Below, piece after piece: positions 1 to 8,568 of a stretch of DNA of 47,171 nucleotides. This stretch comes from Comamonadaceae bacterium. GTDB lineage: Bacteria > Pseudomonadota > Gammaproteobacteria > Burkholderiales > Burkholderiaceae_C. Both the position numbers and the translations under genes were made by a program. Positions within the stretch are counted from its first letter, which is position 1. Every line of letters starts with the position of its first letter. The notes below the pieces were generated by a model. The model made no database searches. It saw only the letters and a list, made by a program, of their open reading frames with translations, and was not told the origin of the DNA. The stretch spans positions 1-47,171 of the forward strand of contig CANGZO010000001.1 of NCBI GenBank assembly GCA_947458305.1, in the 5' to 3' direction.

Positions 1-89
1 AGCGGTGGATGAGTGGTTTAAGTCGCACGCCTGGAAAGCGTGTGTGGGTTAATAGCCCACCGCGGGTTCGAATCCCGCCTGCTCCGCCA
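1..89 (+). tRNA. tRNA-Ser(GGA), first ~2 nt cut off by the window edge
   Basis: Anticodon arm CACGC-CTGGAAA-GCGTG, long variable arm (GTGGG-TTAATAG-CCCAC), T-loop GTTCGAATC, 3' end CTGCTCC-G-CCA with CCA at 87-89. The acceptor stem implies a GG just before position 1. Confidence 0.97.
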
Positions 90-94
90 AAACC

Positions 95-126
95 AAAAAA
101 AGCCTGCACATGTGCAGGCTTTTTTT
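95..126. terminator. Bidirectional intrinsic terminator after tRNA-Ser
   Basis: Perfect palindrome A7-GCCTGCACA-TGTGCAGGC-T7 between convergent tRNA-Ser and livK. Confidence 0.9.
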
Positions 127-165
127 CGTCTGTGCGGTCCATCTGAAGATGGAATTCACCCAATC

Positions 166-191
166 AAAAGGGCCCCCGGCCAGCGGGGGCC
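166..191 (-). terminator. Intrinsic terminator of the livK-like gene
   Basis: 8-bp GC stem GGCCCCCG/CGGGGGCC with 5-nt loop, followed on the minus strand by CTTTT. It begins 6 nt after the stop at 198. Confidence 0.7.
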
Positions 192-197
192 GACAGA

Positions 198-1364
198 TCA
201 GCGAACCACAGCGATTTGTGAACGTTGGCCACCTTTGTAGGTGTACAGCGTCAACGCGCCATTTTTGATGTCGCCTTTTTCGTCAAACGCGATGTCGCCC
301 GTCACGCCCTTGTAGGTGATGCTCTTGAGAGCAGGCAAGTACTTGGCAGGATCGGCGGAGCCGGCGTTGACCATGGCGGTGGCCATGACTTTGACGGCGT
401 CATAAACGTAAGGGGCATAAACCTGCACGTCAGCGTTGAACTTGGCCTTGAAGTCGGTACGGAACTTGTCCATGCCCACTTTTTGCTCGCCTTCAACACC
501 ACCGGCTTCAGCGCACACCACGGCTTCGTCGCGCATGGCATCGCCAGCCAGCTTGGCCAATTCGGAAGTGCAGATACCGTCGCCACCCATGAACTTGGCC
601 TGAATGCCCAAAGACTTCATCTGGCGCAACATGGGGCCAGCGACAGCGTCCATGCCGCCAAAGAACACGATGTCAGGCTTCTTGGCCTTGAGCGTGGTCA
701 AAATGGCGTTGAAGTCAGAAGCCTTGTCTGTGGTGAACTCGTGGCCCACGATGGCGCCACCGGCAGCGGCTACAGCCTTCTTGAATTCTTCGGCCACGCC
801 TTGACCGTAAGCGGTACGGTCGTCGATGACGGCGATGCTCTTGCCCTTGAGGGTTTCAACTGCGTATTTGCCCAAGGTGCCGCCCAAGTGCACGTCGTCA
901 GCCACCACGCGGAATGCACCTGCGTAGCCTTGACGTGTGTATTTGGGGTTGGTGGCCGATGGCGAAATCTGGGGAATGCCGGCGGTGTTGTAAATCTGTG
1001 AGGCGGGGATGGTGGTGCCTGAATTGAGGTGACCGATCACGCCATTGACCTTGGCGTCAACCAGCTTTTGAGCAGCAGCAGTGCCCTGCTTGGGATCTGC
1101 GGCATCGTCTTCGGTCAGCAGTTCGAATTTGACGGTTTTGTCACCGATCTTCAGGCCTGCGGCATTGAGTTCTTCAATCGCCATGCGGGCGCCGTTTTCA
1201 TTGTCTTTGCCCAGGTGGGCAATGGCACCGCTGACGGGGCCCACATGGCCGATCTTGACCACCAGTTCATTGGAAACAACTTCTTTTTTGCCACAAGCTG
1301 CCAAAACAACAGCAGCGGCAGCCACTGCAACAACGGTCAAAGAACGGGAACCAGAGAATTTCAT
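198..1364 (-). CDS. livK: Branched-chain amino acid ABC transporter substrate-binding lipoprotein (LivK/LivJ family)
   Basis: Motifs KIGHVGPVSG, EDDAADPKQG, GHLNSGTTIPAS, SPSATNP, DDRTAYGQG. Lipobox LAAC. ATG at 1364 has a GGAG SD. Confidence 0.9.
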   Translation of the reverse strand: MKFSGSRSLTVVAVAAAAVVLAACGKKEVVSNELVVKIGHVGPVSGAIAHLGKDNENGARMAIEELNAAGLKIGDKTVKFELLTEDDAADPKQGTAAAQKLVDAKVNGVIGHLNSGTTIPASQIYNTAGIPQISPSATNPKYTRQGYAGAFRVVADDVHLGGTLGKYAVETLKGKSIAVIDDRTAYGQGVAEEFKKAVAAAGGAIVGHEFTTDKASDFNAILTTLKAKKPDIVFFGGMDAVAGPMLRQMKSLGIQAKFMGGDGICTSELAKLAGDAMRDEAVVCAEAGGVEGEQKVGMDKFRTDFKAKFNADVQVYAPYVYDAVKVMATAMVNAGSADPAKYLPALKSITYKGVTGDIAFDEKGDIKNGALTLYTYKGGQRSQIAVVR

Positions 1365-1473
1365 ACACACTCCAAACAAAAAATTGCTTCAATCAAGCAA
1401 GCCGTAAAGATACTTCAATTTGATGCACTTGTGGATCAGGGAAAACCTAAGTTACAGGCTTTTACATGCCACA

Positions 1474-1737
1474 TCAGGGGGCTTGTGGGGTGTTGACCTT
1501 GTGGTGCCAAGCCGTTTCAAGGGTGCGATGAACCAAGCCAGCGGCCAATCGGTCGAACTCTGGCCGCAGTTGCTGCAGCAACTCAGCCGACAAAGCCATG
1601 AAGGCTTGCTTTTCGGCGGCACGCGCATCCAATGCGCACGCCACAGACGGCGGGACGTCTTGCATCGGTTGGGTCAAGACGGGAATTTCGTCAGGCAATG
1701 GCCGAACGTCGGGCGTTGTATTGGGTAAAGCGTTCAT
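1474..1737 (-). CDS. Hypothetical 87-aa protein downstream of holC (DUF2486-like IPVLT motif)
   Basis: ATGA overlap with the holC stop. N-terminal DEIPVLT motif and a helical C-terminus. The family assignment is from recall only. Confidence 0.65.
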   Translation of the reverse strand: MNALPNTTPDVRPLPDEIPVLTQPMQDVPPSVACALDARAAEKQAFMALSAELLQQLRPEFDRLAAGLVHRTLETAWHHKVNTPQAP

Positions 1738-2168
1738 GGTTCTGTGCTTTTGGATAAGTCGTGCTGAACCAGGTCAAAACCCAGACTCTTGTAGTGCTTC
1801 CAACGCAGGCGCGCTTGGGCCTTGCCATGCTCGTCATTGGAGACGATCTCAATCAGGCGTTTGAACCCCTCAAAACCGCCAGGCACCTCGTCGCCCAGAT
1901 TCACCAAGACATCGCTTTCCCCCCAAACCAGCGGGTCAGAACCCAGGCAAATGGAGGAGGCCTCTTGGACTTCGGGTGAGGATTCCGGGGTGCAATGGCC
2001 CAAAAATGCCACATCTTGAAAGCGCCATAGCTCGGCATCGAGTTGCCGCAAGGTGGCTGGTGCACCGACCACAGCAATGCGCAGGTCCTGTGCTCGCGCC
2101 TTGCGCAGCAGCCGGCAGGTGTGCAGCAAACGCTCCGTGGTGTTGAAGTGAAATTCGATGCGGGTCAT
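1734..2168 (-). CDS. holC: DNA polymerase III subunit chi
   Basis: MTRIEFHFN start, LDAELWRF..FLGH, LVNL, F.RLIEIV, ARLRWKHYK. Lies downstream of pepA. Confidence 0.93.
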   Translation of the reverse strand: MTRIEFHFNTTERLLHTCRLLRKARAQDLRIAVVGAPATLRQLDAELWRFQDVAFLGHCTPESSPEVQEASSICLGSDPLVWGESDVLVNLGDEVPGGFEGFKRLIEIVSNDEHGKAQARLRWKHYKSLGFDLVQHDLSKSTEP

Positions 2169-2190
2169 CACATCAACGGGTTCTGGGCCT

Positions 2191-3753
2191 TCAGGCTTTG
2201 CGCGCAGCACGCGCCTTGGGCTGAGGGGCCGCACGATTGGCTGAGGGTACCGTTTTGCCTGTTGCCGTGCGTCTGGGTTTTGCCGAAACAGAAGGCTGCG
2301 CTGATGCCGCAAGCTGGGTCAGGTATTGCAACAACAAGCCCACTGGCCGCCCCGTTGCACCCTTGGCGGCACCGCTGCGCCACGCTGTGCCGGCGATGTC
2401 CAAGTGCGCCCAAGAAAATTTCTGTGTAAAACGCTGCAAAAACTTGGCGGCAGTGACAGAACCAGCGGCTCGTCCCGCCACATTAGCCACGTCGGCAAAA
2501 CGCGACTTCAGGCCCTCTGCGTAGTCATCGTCCAAAGGCATGCGCCAGCAGGTGTCACCCGAGGACTCGCCGGCTTGGTGCAACTGCAGCGCCAGAGCGT
2601 CGTCGCTCGAAAACAAACCTGTTCGGACCGCGCCCAGCGCGATCACACAGGCACCCGTGAGGGTGGCAATGTCGATCACCGCTTGCGGTTTGAAACGTTC
2701 GGCATACGTCAGTGCGTCGCAAAGCACCAAACGGCCTTCGGCATCGGTGTTCAAAATTTCAATGGTCTGCCCGCTCATGCTGGTGACCACATCACCGGGT
2801 TTGACCGCGAGGCCATCGGGCATGTTTTCGGTGGCGGGAATCAGGCCCACCACGTTGATGGCCGGCTTCAAATGCGACAAGGCCTTGAAAACGCCGAGCA
2901 CACTGGCCGCGCCGCCCATGTCGTACTTCATCTCATCCATCTCGGGTGCGGGCTTGATGGAGATGCCACCGGTGTCGAACGTGATGCCCTTGCCCACCAA
3001 GACAACAGGGGCCTGCGTGGCAAGGGCCCCGTTGTAGCGCATGACGATGAAGCGCAAAGGCTCGGCGGACCCTTGGGCCACGGCCATGAAAGCCCCCATG
3101 CCCAGTTTGGCCACATCTTTAGGGCCCAACACCTCGCACTTGAACGCTTTGCCTTTGGCAATGTCTTTGGCTGCTTGGGCCAAATGGGTGGGTGTGGCGT
3201 AGTTGGCAGGACGGTTGGCCCATTCTTTGGCCAATTCAACGCCCGAGACCAAGGCCTGCGCGTGGCGCACGGCATTTTCGAGGGCTGGCGTGCTGTTTTC
3301 AGCACTGACAAATACTTGCTTGAGCAGTCGGGTTTTGGGTTTGCTCAAAGTGGTGGTGTAGCTGTAGCTTGCATCGGCCAGGCTGGACAACGCCAATTGC
3401 AGTCCTTGGGGCGTGGCATCTCCAACCACATGCAAGTTCAAATGCTTGACCTTGGCCGATTTGAGCGCACCCCACGCGGCCTGCACAGCACTGCGAATCT
3501 GCTCGGCTTTGTTGTCGGCGGAGCAAACGACAACCAAATGGCGAGGCGCAATACCGGGCTGGCAATAAAGCATCATGAGGGAACCCGCCTTCAGCTCAAA
3601 ATCACCGTTTTCAATGGCTGTGGCCACCCAGCGGGTCAGAGGGTCGTGACCCAAGGCGTTCGGAACAGTTTGGCTGGGCCACAAAACGATCAGGGCATCG
3701 GATTGGGCCTGAATTGCGTGGGCAAGAGAAAGCTTTTGGATTTCGAAGTTCAT
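2191..3753 (-). CDS. pepA: Leucyl aminopeptidase (M17)
   Basis: VGKGITFDTGG, MKYDMGG, NTDAEGRL, DIATLTGA and HLDIAG motifs. Confidence 0.97.
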   Translation of the reverse strand: MNFEIQKLSLAHAIQAQSDALIVLWPSQTVPNALGHDPLTRWVATAIENGDFELKAGSLMMLYCQPGIAPRHLVVVCSADNKAEQIRSAVQAAWGALKSAKVKHLNLHVVGDATPQGLQLALSSLADASYSYTTTLSKPKTRLLKQVFVSAENSTPALENAVRHAQALVSGVELAKEWANRPANYATPTHLAQAAKDIAKGKAFKCEVLGPKDVAKLGMGAFMAVAQGSAEPLRFIVMRYNGALATQAPVVLVGKGITFDTGGISIKPAPEMDEMKYDMGGAASVLGVFKALSHLKPAINVVGLIPATENMPDGLAVKPGDVVTSMSGQTIEILNTDAEGRLVLCDALTYAERFKPQAVIDIATLTGACVIALGAVRTGLFSSDDALALQLHQAGESSGDTCWRMPLDDDYAEGLKSRFADVANVAGRAAGSVTAAKFLQRFTQKFSWAHLDIAGTAWRSGAAKGATGRPVGLLLQYLTQLAASAQPSVSAKPRRTATGKTVPSANRAAPQPKARAARKA

Positions 3754-3777
3754 AATTCAGTTTTTCCAGTTTCGCCA

Positions 3778-4887
3778 ATGTTATTCCATTCCTCCTTACG
3801 CAAAGACTTGGCGCGCAACTTTGGTGCGACGCTCTTGATCCTCGTGACCATTGTCATGACGATCATCTTGATCCGTACCCTAGGACAAGCCAGCCGGGGC
3901 AGCGTGAACCCGTCGGAGGTGATGCTGGTGATGGGCTTCAGTGTGTTGGGTCAAATGACCACCATCATCACGCTCAGTCTTTTCATTGCCAGTGTGGCCA
4001 CTTTGACCCGCATGTATGGTGAAAGCGAGATGGTCATCTGGTTTGCCAGCGGACAGGGTTTGGGCCAGTTCATTCGCCCACTCTTTCGTTTTTCCTGGCC
4101 TGTTTTTGTCGTCATCGGTCTTTTGTCACTGTTTGTTTGGCCTTGGAGCCACCAACAAATCCAAGACTTGCGCCAACGTTATGAAAAAAGAAACGATGTC
4201 GAGCGCATTGCACCTGGCCAGTTTCAAGAATCTGCAGGTGGCAACCGTGTGTTTTTCATTGACAAAGACAGCCCCAGCCAAGATTGGGGGAAAAACGTTT
4301 TTGTGTCCAGCCGGGATGGTCGGCTGGAAAGCGTGACCACCGCATCCCAGGGGCGCATCGAGTTTGTGGGGCCAGACCGCTTTTTGTTTTTAGAAAATGG
4401 CCAACAATGGCTCACCCATCTTGACACCGGTGAGACGCGTTTGACCCAGTTTGAGCGTTACCAGTTGTTGATCGATACCGATAACACGCCCAATGATGCG
4501 GCTCGAAGCAGTCTTCAAAGCTCCACGTGGCAACTGATTCAAAACCCCACGGCCATCAACATGGGGGAGTTGGCTTGGCGCATCGGCATGGTGTTGGCCG
4601 CCATCAACATGGTTTTGTTGGCTTTGGCATTGTCCGCCGTGAACCCCAGAATTGGCAGCAGTTACCACTTAGGCCTCGCACTATTTGTTTTCGTGGCTTA
4701 TTACAACTTCATCAACGTTGGCCAAAGCTGGATCAGCACTGGACGAGTAAGCGCCCTGCCCTTTGTGATTTCATTGCACGGTGGGGTCATGGCGTTGGCC
4801 TTGCTTTGGCTGAGTTTGCGCCACACCAACTGGAGTTGGCGCAACCTCTTGCCTGTGAAAACACCTTTGGTCAATACCCAGCCATGA
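3778..4887 (+). CDS. lptF: LPS export ABC transporter permease LptF
   Basis: MLFHSSLRKDL start, RMYGESEMVIW, PGQFQES, multiple TM segments. Divergent from pepA. Confidence 0.93.
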   Translation: MLFHSSLRKDLARNFGATLLILVTIVMTIILIRTLGQASRGSVNPSEVMLVMGFSVLGQMTTIITLSLFIASVATLTRMYGESEMVIWFASGQGLGQFIRPLFRFSWPVFVVIGLLSLFVWPWSHQQIQDLRQRYEKRNDVERIAPGQFQESAGGNRVFFIDKDSPSQDWGKNVFVSSRDGRLESVTTASQGRIEFVGPDRFLFLENGQQWLTHLDTGETRLTQFERYQLLIDTDNTPNDAARSSLQSSTWQLIQNPTAINMGELAWRIGMVLAAINMVLLALALSAVNPRIGSSYHLGLALFVFVAYYNFINVGQSWISTGRVSALPFVISLHGGVMALALLWLSLRHTNWSWRNLLPVKTPLVNTQP

Positions 4888-5990
4888 AAACTGTACGACG
4901 TTTGCTGTTTGCGGAGATCCTGCGTGGCGTGGTGTTCGTGAGCCTGGGGTTCTTGGCCCTCTTCTTGTTTTTTGACTTGGTGGATGAACTCAAGTCCTTG
5001 TCACGTTTCGGCAACCAGGGGTATTTGCTGCAACACGCCCTGCTTTACATATCACTCAAAATCCCTTCACACCTGTATGAGTTGCTGCCCATCTCGGTCT
5101 TGATTGGCAGTATTTTTGTGATGGCCCGCTTGGCCCAAAGCTCCGAATTCACGATTTTGCGAACAGGTGGGCTGGAGCCTTGGATGGCCCTGAGTTCACT
5201 CCTCAAACTGGGCCTGATTTTTGTGGGTTTGACCTTCTTTTTTGGCGATTACGCAGCCCCATGGGCCGAGCGGCAAGCCCAGCAAATCAAAGCCCCGTAC
5301 CAAGGACAGCTGACTTTGGGTCAAACCGGGGCATGGCTTCGTGAAAAACAAGGCACCCAACAGTTCGCTGTGAATGTTCGGCGCTTCGACGGCATCGACC
5401 AGATGGAAGAGGTGCGCATCCACGCATTCAACGAGCGTGGTCAACTGCTGGCCATTACCCATGCACAAAAAGCTCAAATTCAAGCGGATCAATGGCAACT
5501 GCAGCAGGTGAACCACAAGTCCATCTTGGTGCCCAGCGCCCAGCAGCCCGCTCAGTTCAGCACCGTCAAATTGGGCAACATGGTCTGGCCCACCGGCATC
5601 AGTGCCGACATGGTGGCTGCCGCCTTGCTCAGCCCAGACCGCATGAGCACTTGGGAGCTATTTGGCTACATGCGGCATTTGTCGATGAACAACCAAAACG
5701 CCCAACGCTACGAAATCGAGTTTTGGCGCAAGGTGTTTTACCCCTTGAGTTGCCTGGTCATGCTGGTGTTGGCACTGCCATTTGCCTATCTGCACTTTCG
5801 TTCTGGCCAGATTGCAGGTCACGTGTTCGGCGGTGTTTTGGCAGGCATCAGCTTTGCCCTGCTGAACAACGTCTTCAGTTTCATCGGACATTTGCAAAAC
5901 TGGCAACCGCTGCTGACCTCTGCCGCGCCTGCCCTTTTGTACAGTGTCGTTTCTTTGGCTGCATTTTGGTGGATGGTGCTTCGGCGATGA
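4884..5990 (+). CDS. lptG: LPS export ABC transporter permease LptG
   Basis: ATGA overlap with lptF. LAQSSEFTILRTGG and FWRKVFYPLSCLVM motifs. Confidence 0.93.
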   Translation: MKTVRRLLFAEILRGVVFVSLGFLALFLFFDLVDELKSLSRFGNQGYLLQHALLYISLKIPSHLYELLPISVLIGSIFVMARLAQSSEFTILRTGGLEPWMALSSLLKLGLIFVGLTFFFGDYAAPWAERQAQQIKAPYQGQLTLGQTGAWLREKQGTQQFAVNVRRFDGIDQMEEVRIHAFNERGQLLAITHAQKAQIQADQWQLQQVNHKSILVPSAQQPAQFSTVKLGNMVWPTGISADMVAAALLSPDRMSTWELFGYMRHLSMNNQNAQRYEIEFWRKVFYPLSCLVMLVLALPFAYLHFRSGQIAGHVFGGVLAGISFALLNNVFSFIGHLQNWQPLLTSAAPALLYSVVSLAAFWWMVLRR

Positions 5991-6388
5991 ATCCCAGTTT
6001 TGACTCAGGCACCGGCGTGGTGCTGTTTGCCCATGGTTCGCGCGATCCCCTTTGGCGTTTGCCGATTGATGCCGTTGCACTGCACATGGGCTCGCAATGG
6101 CCCAATTTACCTGTCGCTGTGGCTTTTCTCGAGTTGACCCAGCCCGATCTGCCCAGCACCATCGAGCAAATGATGAAGCAGGGTTTGTCGCATGTGCGCA
6201 TCGTTCCCATGTTTTTGGGCGTCGGTCGGCACGCGCGCGAGGATTTGCCAGAAATTGTGAGCGGTTTGACCGAGGCTTATCCGCAGATGCGTTTCGAATT
6301 GGTGCCCGCCATTGGCGAGCACCCCGCCATGACCTCGCTCATGGCCCACATCGCGGCAGGACAGACGCTTAGCCAGATAGACAAATAA
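5987..6388 (+). CDS. CbiX/SirB-family sirohydrochlorin chelatase (short form)
   Basis: LFAHGSRDP, AFLE, VPMFLG.G.H..ED, IGEHP motifs. ATGA overlap with lptG. Confidence 0.88.
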   Translation: MNPSFDSGTGVVLFAHGSRDPLWRLPIDAVALHMGSQWPNLPVAVAFLELTQPDLPSTIEQMMKQGLSHVRIVPMFLGVGRHAREDLPEIVSGLTEAYPQMRFELVPAIGEHPAMTSLMAHIAAGQTLSQIDK

Positions 6389-6414
6389 AGCATAATTCAG
6401 GTAAAGCATATAAC
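6386..6414 (+). promoter_or_regulatory. cysB promoter/operator region with direct repeat TAAAGCATA x2
   Basis: TAAAGCATA at 6386-6394 and 6402-6410. -10-like hexamers CATAAT (6391-6396) and TATAAC (6409-6414). AT-rich. Confidence 0.45.
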
Positions 6415-6423
6415 GATAGGCAT

Positions 6424-7365
6424 ATGAACCTGCACCAATTTCGATTTGTCCAAGAAGCCGCACGCCGCAACCTGAATTTGACAGAAACCGCCAAGGCGCT
6501 GCACACCTCGCAACCCGGTGTTTCCAAAGCCATCATCGAGCTGGAAGATGAGTTGGGCATCGAGATCTTTGCGCGCCATGGCAAAAGGCTCAAGCGCATC
6601 ACGGAGCCCGGCCAACACGTGTTGCAAAGCATCGAGTTGATCCTGCGCGAGGTGAACAACCTGAAGAAAATTGGTGAGCAATTCAGCGCCCAAGACAGCG
6701 GCACCTTGTCCATCGCCACCACCCACACTCAGGCGCGTTATGTGCTGCCCCTGCCCGTGGCCAAGCTGCGTGAAAAATACCCCCAAGTCAACATCAGCCT
6801 GCACCAAGGTGCGCCCGACCAAGTGGCCAAAATGTTGCTCGACGACACGGCCGAAATTGGCATCGCCACCGAGTCTTTGTCGGCCTACGAAGACTTGGTC
6901 ACACTGCCTTGCTACGAGTGGCAACACGTGTTGGTCTTGCCTTTGGACCACCCCTTGGCAGCCAAACCCACTTTGTCTTTGGAAGACATCGCCAGCGAAC
7001 CCCTGATCACTTACCACCCCTCGTTCACCGGCCGCAGCCGGATTGACCAAGCTTTTGCCGCCAAAAAAATCACGCCCCGCATTGCCCTCGAAGCGATTGA
7101 CTCTGACGTCATCAAAACCTATGTTCGCCTGGGTCTTGGCATTGGCATCGTGGCCGAAATGGCTGTCAAGGATGACCCGATCAAAGACCTCGCGGTTCGA
7201 CCGCTGGGCGCTTTGCTGGGTATGAATGTGGCCCGCGTGGCCTTCAAACGGGGGGCGTATTTGCGCCAATTTGTTTACCAATTTGCCGAAATGCTGAGCA
7301 ACCGACTGACTGCACCTTTGGTCGCACGGGCCATGATCGGCCACGTCAACGATTACGAACTTTGA
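6424..7365 (+). CDS. cysB: CysB/Cbl family LysR-type transcriptional regulator
   Basis: MNLHQFRFV..LNLTETAKALHTSQPGVSK HTH, IATTHTQARY, DSDVIKTYVRLGLG. Confidence 0.93.
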   Translation: MNLHQFRFVQEAARRNLNLTETAKALHTSQPGVSKAIIELEDELGIEIFARHGKRLKRITEPGQHVLQSIELILREVNNLKKIGEQFSAQDSGTLSIATTHTQARYVLPLPVAKLREKYPQVNISLHQGAPDQVAKMLLDDTAEIGIATESLSAYEDLVTLPCYEWQHVLVLPLDHPLAAKPTLSLEDIASEPLITYHPSFTGRSRIDQAFAAKKITPRIALEAIDSDVIKTYVRLGLGIGIVAEMAVKDDPIKDLAVRPLGALLGMNVARVAFKRGAYLRQFVYQFAEMLSNRLTAPLVARAMIGHVNDYEL

Positions 7366-7372
7366 ACCTGCC

Positions 7373-8542
7373 ATGAACGCACGCACACCTGCCATCGTCT
7401 CCAAAGCCCCCAACATGGGCACCACCATCTTCACCGTGATGTCGGCCTTGGCCGCAGAAAAAAATGCGGTCAATCTGGGTCAAGGCTTTCCGGACTTTCC
7501 CTGCGATCCACGCCTTCCAGCCTTGGTCAACGACGCCATGTCCGAAGGCCTGAACCAATACCCACCCATGACGGGTGTGGCCCCCTTGCGCGAGGCAGTG
7601 TCGCGCAAAATTCAAGCCCTTTATGGTCGGCACTATGACCCGGTGAGCGAAATCACGGTCACCGCTGGGGCGACCCAAGCCATCTTGACCATTGTGATGG
7701 CCATCGTGCACCCCGGTGATGAAGTCATCGTGCTCGAGCCTTGCTACGACAGCTATGTGCCCAACATCGAGTTGGCTGGTGGCGTGGTGGTGCGTGTGCC
7801 CCTCACGCCCGGCACCTTCCGCCCAGATTTCGACAAAATCCGTGCCGCCATCACGCCCAAAACCCGGGCCATCCTGATCAACTCGCCCCACAACCCCAGC
7901 GGCATGATTTGGTCCCAGCAAGACATGCTCACCCTGCAAGAAATTTTGGCGCCCACCAACATCGTCTTGATCAGCGACGAGGTTTACGAGCACATGGTCT
8001 ATGCCCCCAACCAGCACTGGAGCGCCGCCCACTTCGACGGCTTGGCCGCCCGGGCCTTCATCGTGTCCAGCTTTGGGAAAACTTACCATGTGACCGGCTG
8101 GAAGATCGGCACTGTGGCAGCGCCTGCGGCTTACACCGCCGAATTTCGCAAAGTGCACCAATTCAACGTATTCACCGTCAACACCCCCATGCAGCACGCT
8201 TTGGCCCGCTACATGGCTGACCCAGCGCCTTACCTCGAGCTGCCGGCCTTTTACCAGCGCAAACGCGATTTGTTCCGTGCCGGCTTGGCGCAAACCCATT
8301 TCAAGCTCTTGCCTGGCGAAGGCACCTATTTTCAATGTGTGGACATCTCGGGTTTGAAGGTGCCCGAGAAAAACCTGAGCGAAGCTGATTTTTGCAAATG
8401 GCTGACCACCGACATCGGTGTGGCCGCTATTCCCTTGTCCGCTTTTTACGGCAACGGGTTTGACCAAAAGGTCATTCGCTTTTGCTTTGCCAAAAAAGAC
8501 GAAACCCTTTTGGCAGCGCTGGACAAACTCAAGGGCCTTTGA
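7373..8542 (+). CDS. PLP-dependent class I aminotransferase (YbdL/methionine aminotransferase-like)
   Basis: TTIFTVMS, NLGQGFPDF, NQYPP, NSPHNP, SDEVYEH, SFGKTYHVTGWKIG, RFCFAK. Confidence 0.9.
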   Translation: MNARTPAIVSKAPNMGTTIFTVMSALAAEKNAVNLGQGFPDFPCDPRLPALVNDAMSEGLNQYPPMTGVAPLREAVSRKIQALYGRHYDPVSEITVTAGATQAILTIVMAIVHPGDEVIVLEPCYDSYVPNIELAGGVVVRVPLTPGTFRPDFDKIRAAITPKTRAILINSPHNPSGMIWSQQDMLTLQEILAPTNIVLISDEVYEHMVYAPNQHWSAAHFDGLAARAFIVSSFGKTYHVTGWKIGTVAAPAAYTAEFRKVHQFNVFTVNTPMQHALARYMADPAPYLELPAFYQRKRDLFRAGLAQTHFKLLPGEGTYFQCVDISGLKVPEKNLSEADFCKWLTTDIGVAAIPLSAFYGNGFDQKVIRFCFAKKDETLLAALDKLKGL

Positions 8543-8568
8543 AGCTTGGCGTTCACGTTCTGAACTTG

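Noticed and set aside
1-200. tRNA-Ser and tRNA-Lys (22741-22816) as possible island integration sites
   Set aside because: Both are followed directly by terminators and core genes. No integrase and no duplicated tRNA 3' end was seen.
2326-3777. Apparent 853-aa ORF (2326-4887) suggesting a large N-terminal fusion on LptF
   Set aside because: The first 484 codons are the stop-free antisense frame of pepA. LptF-like sequence begins at ATG 3778.
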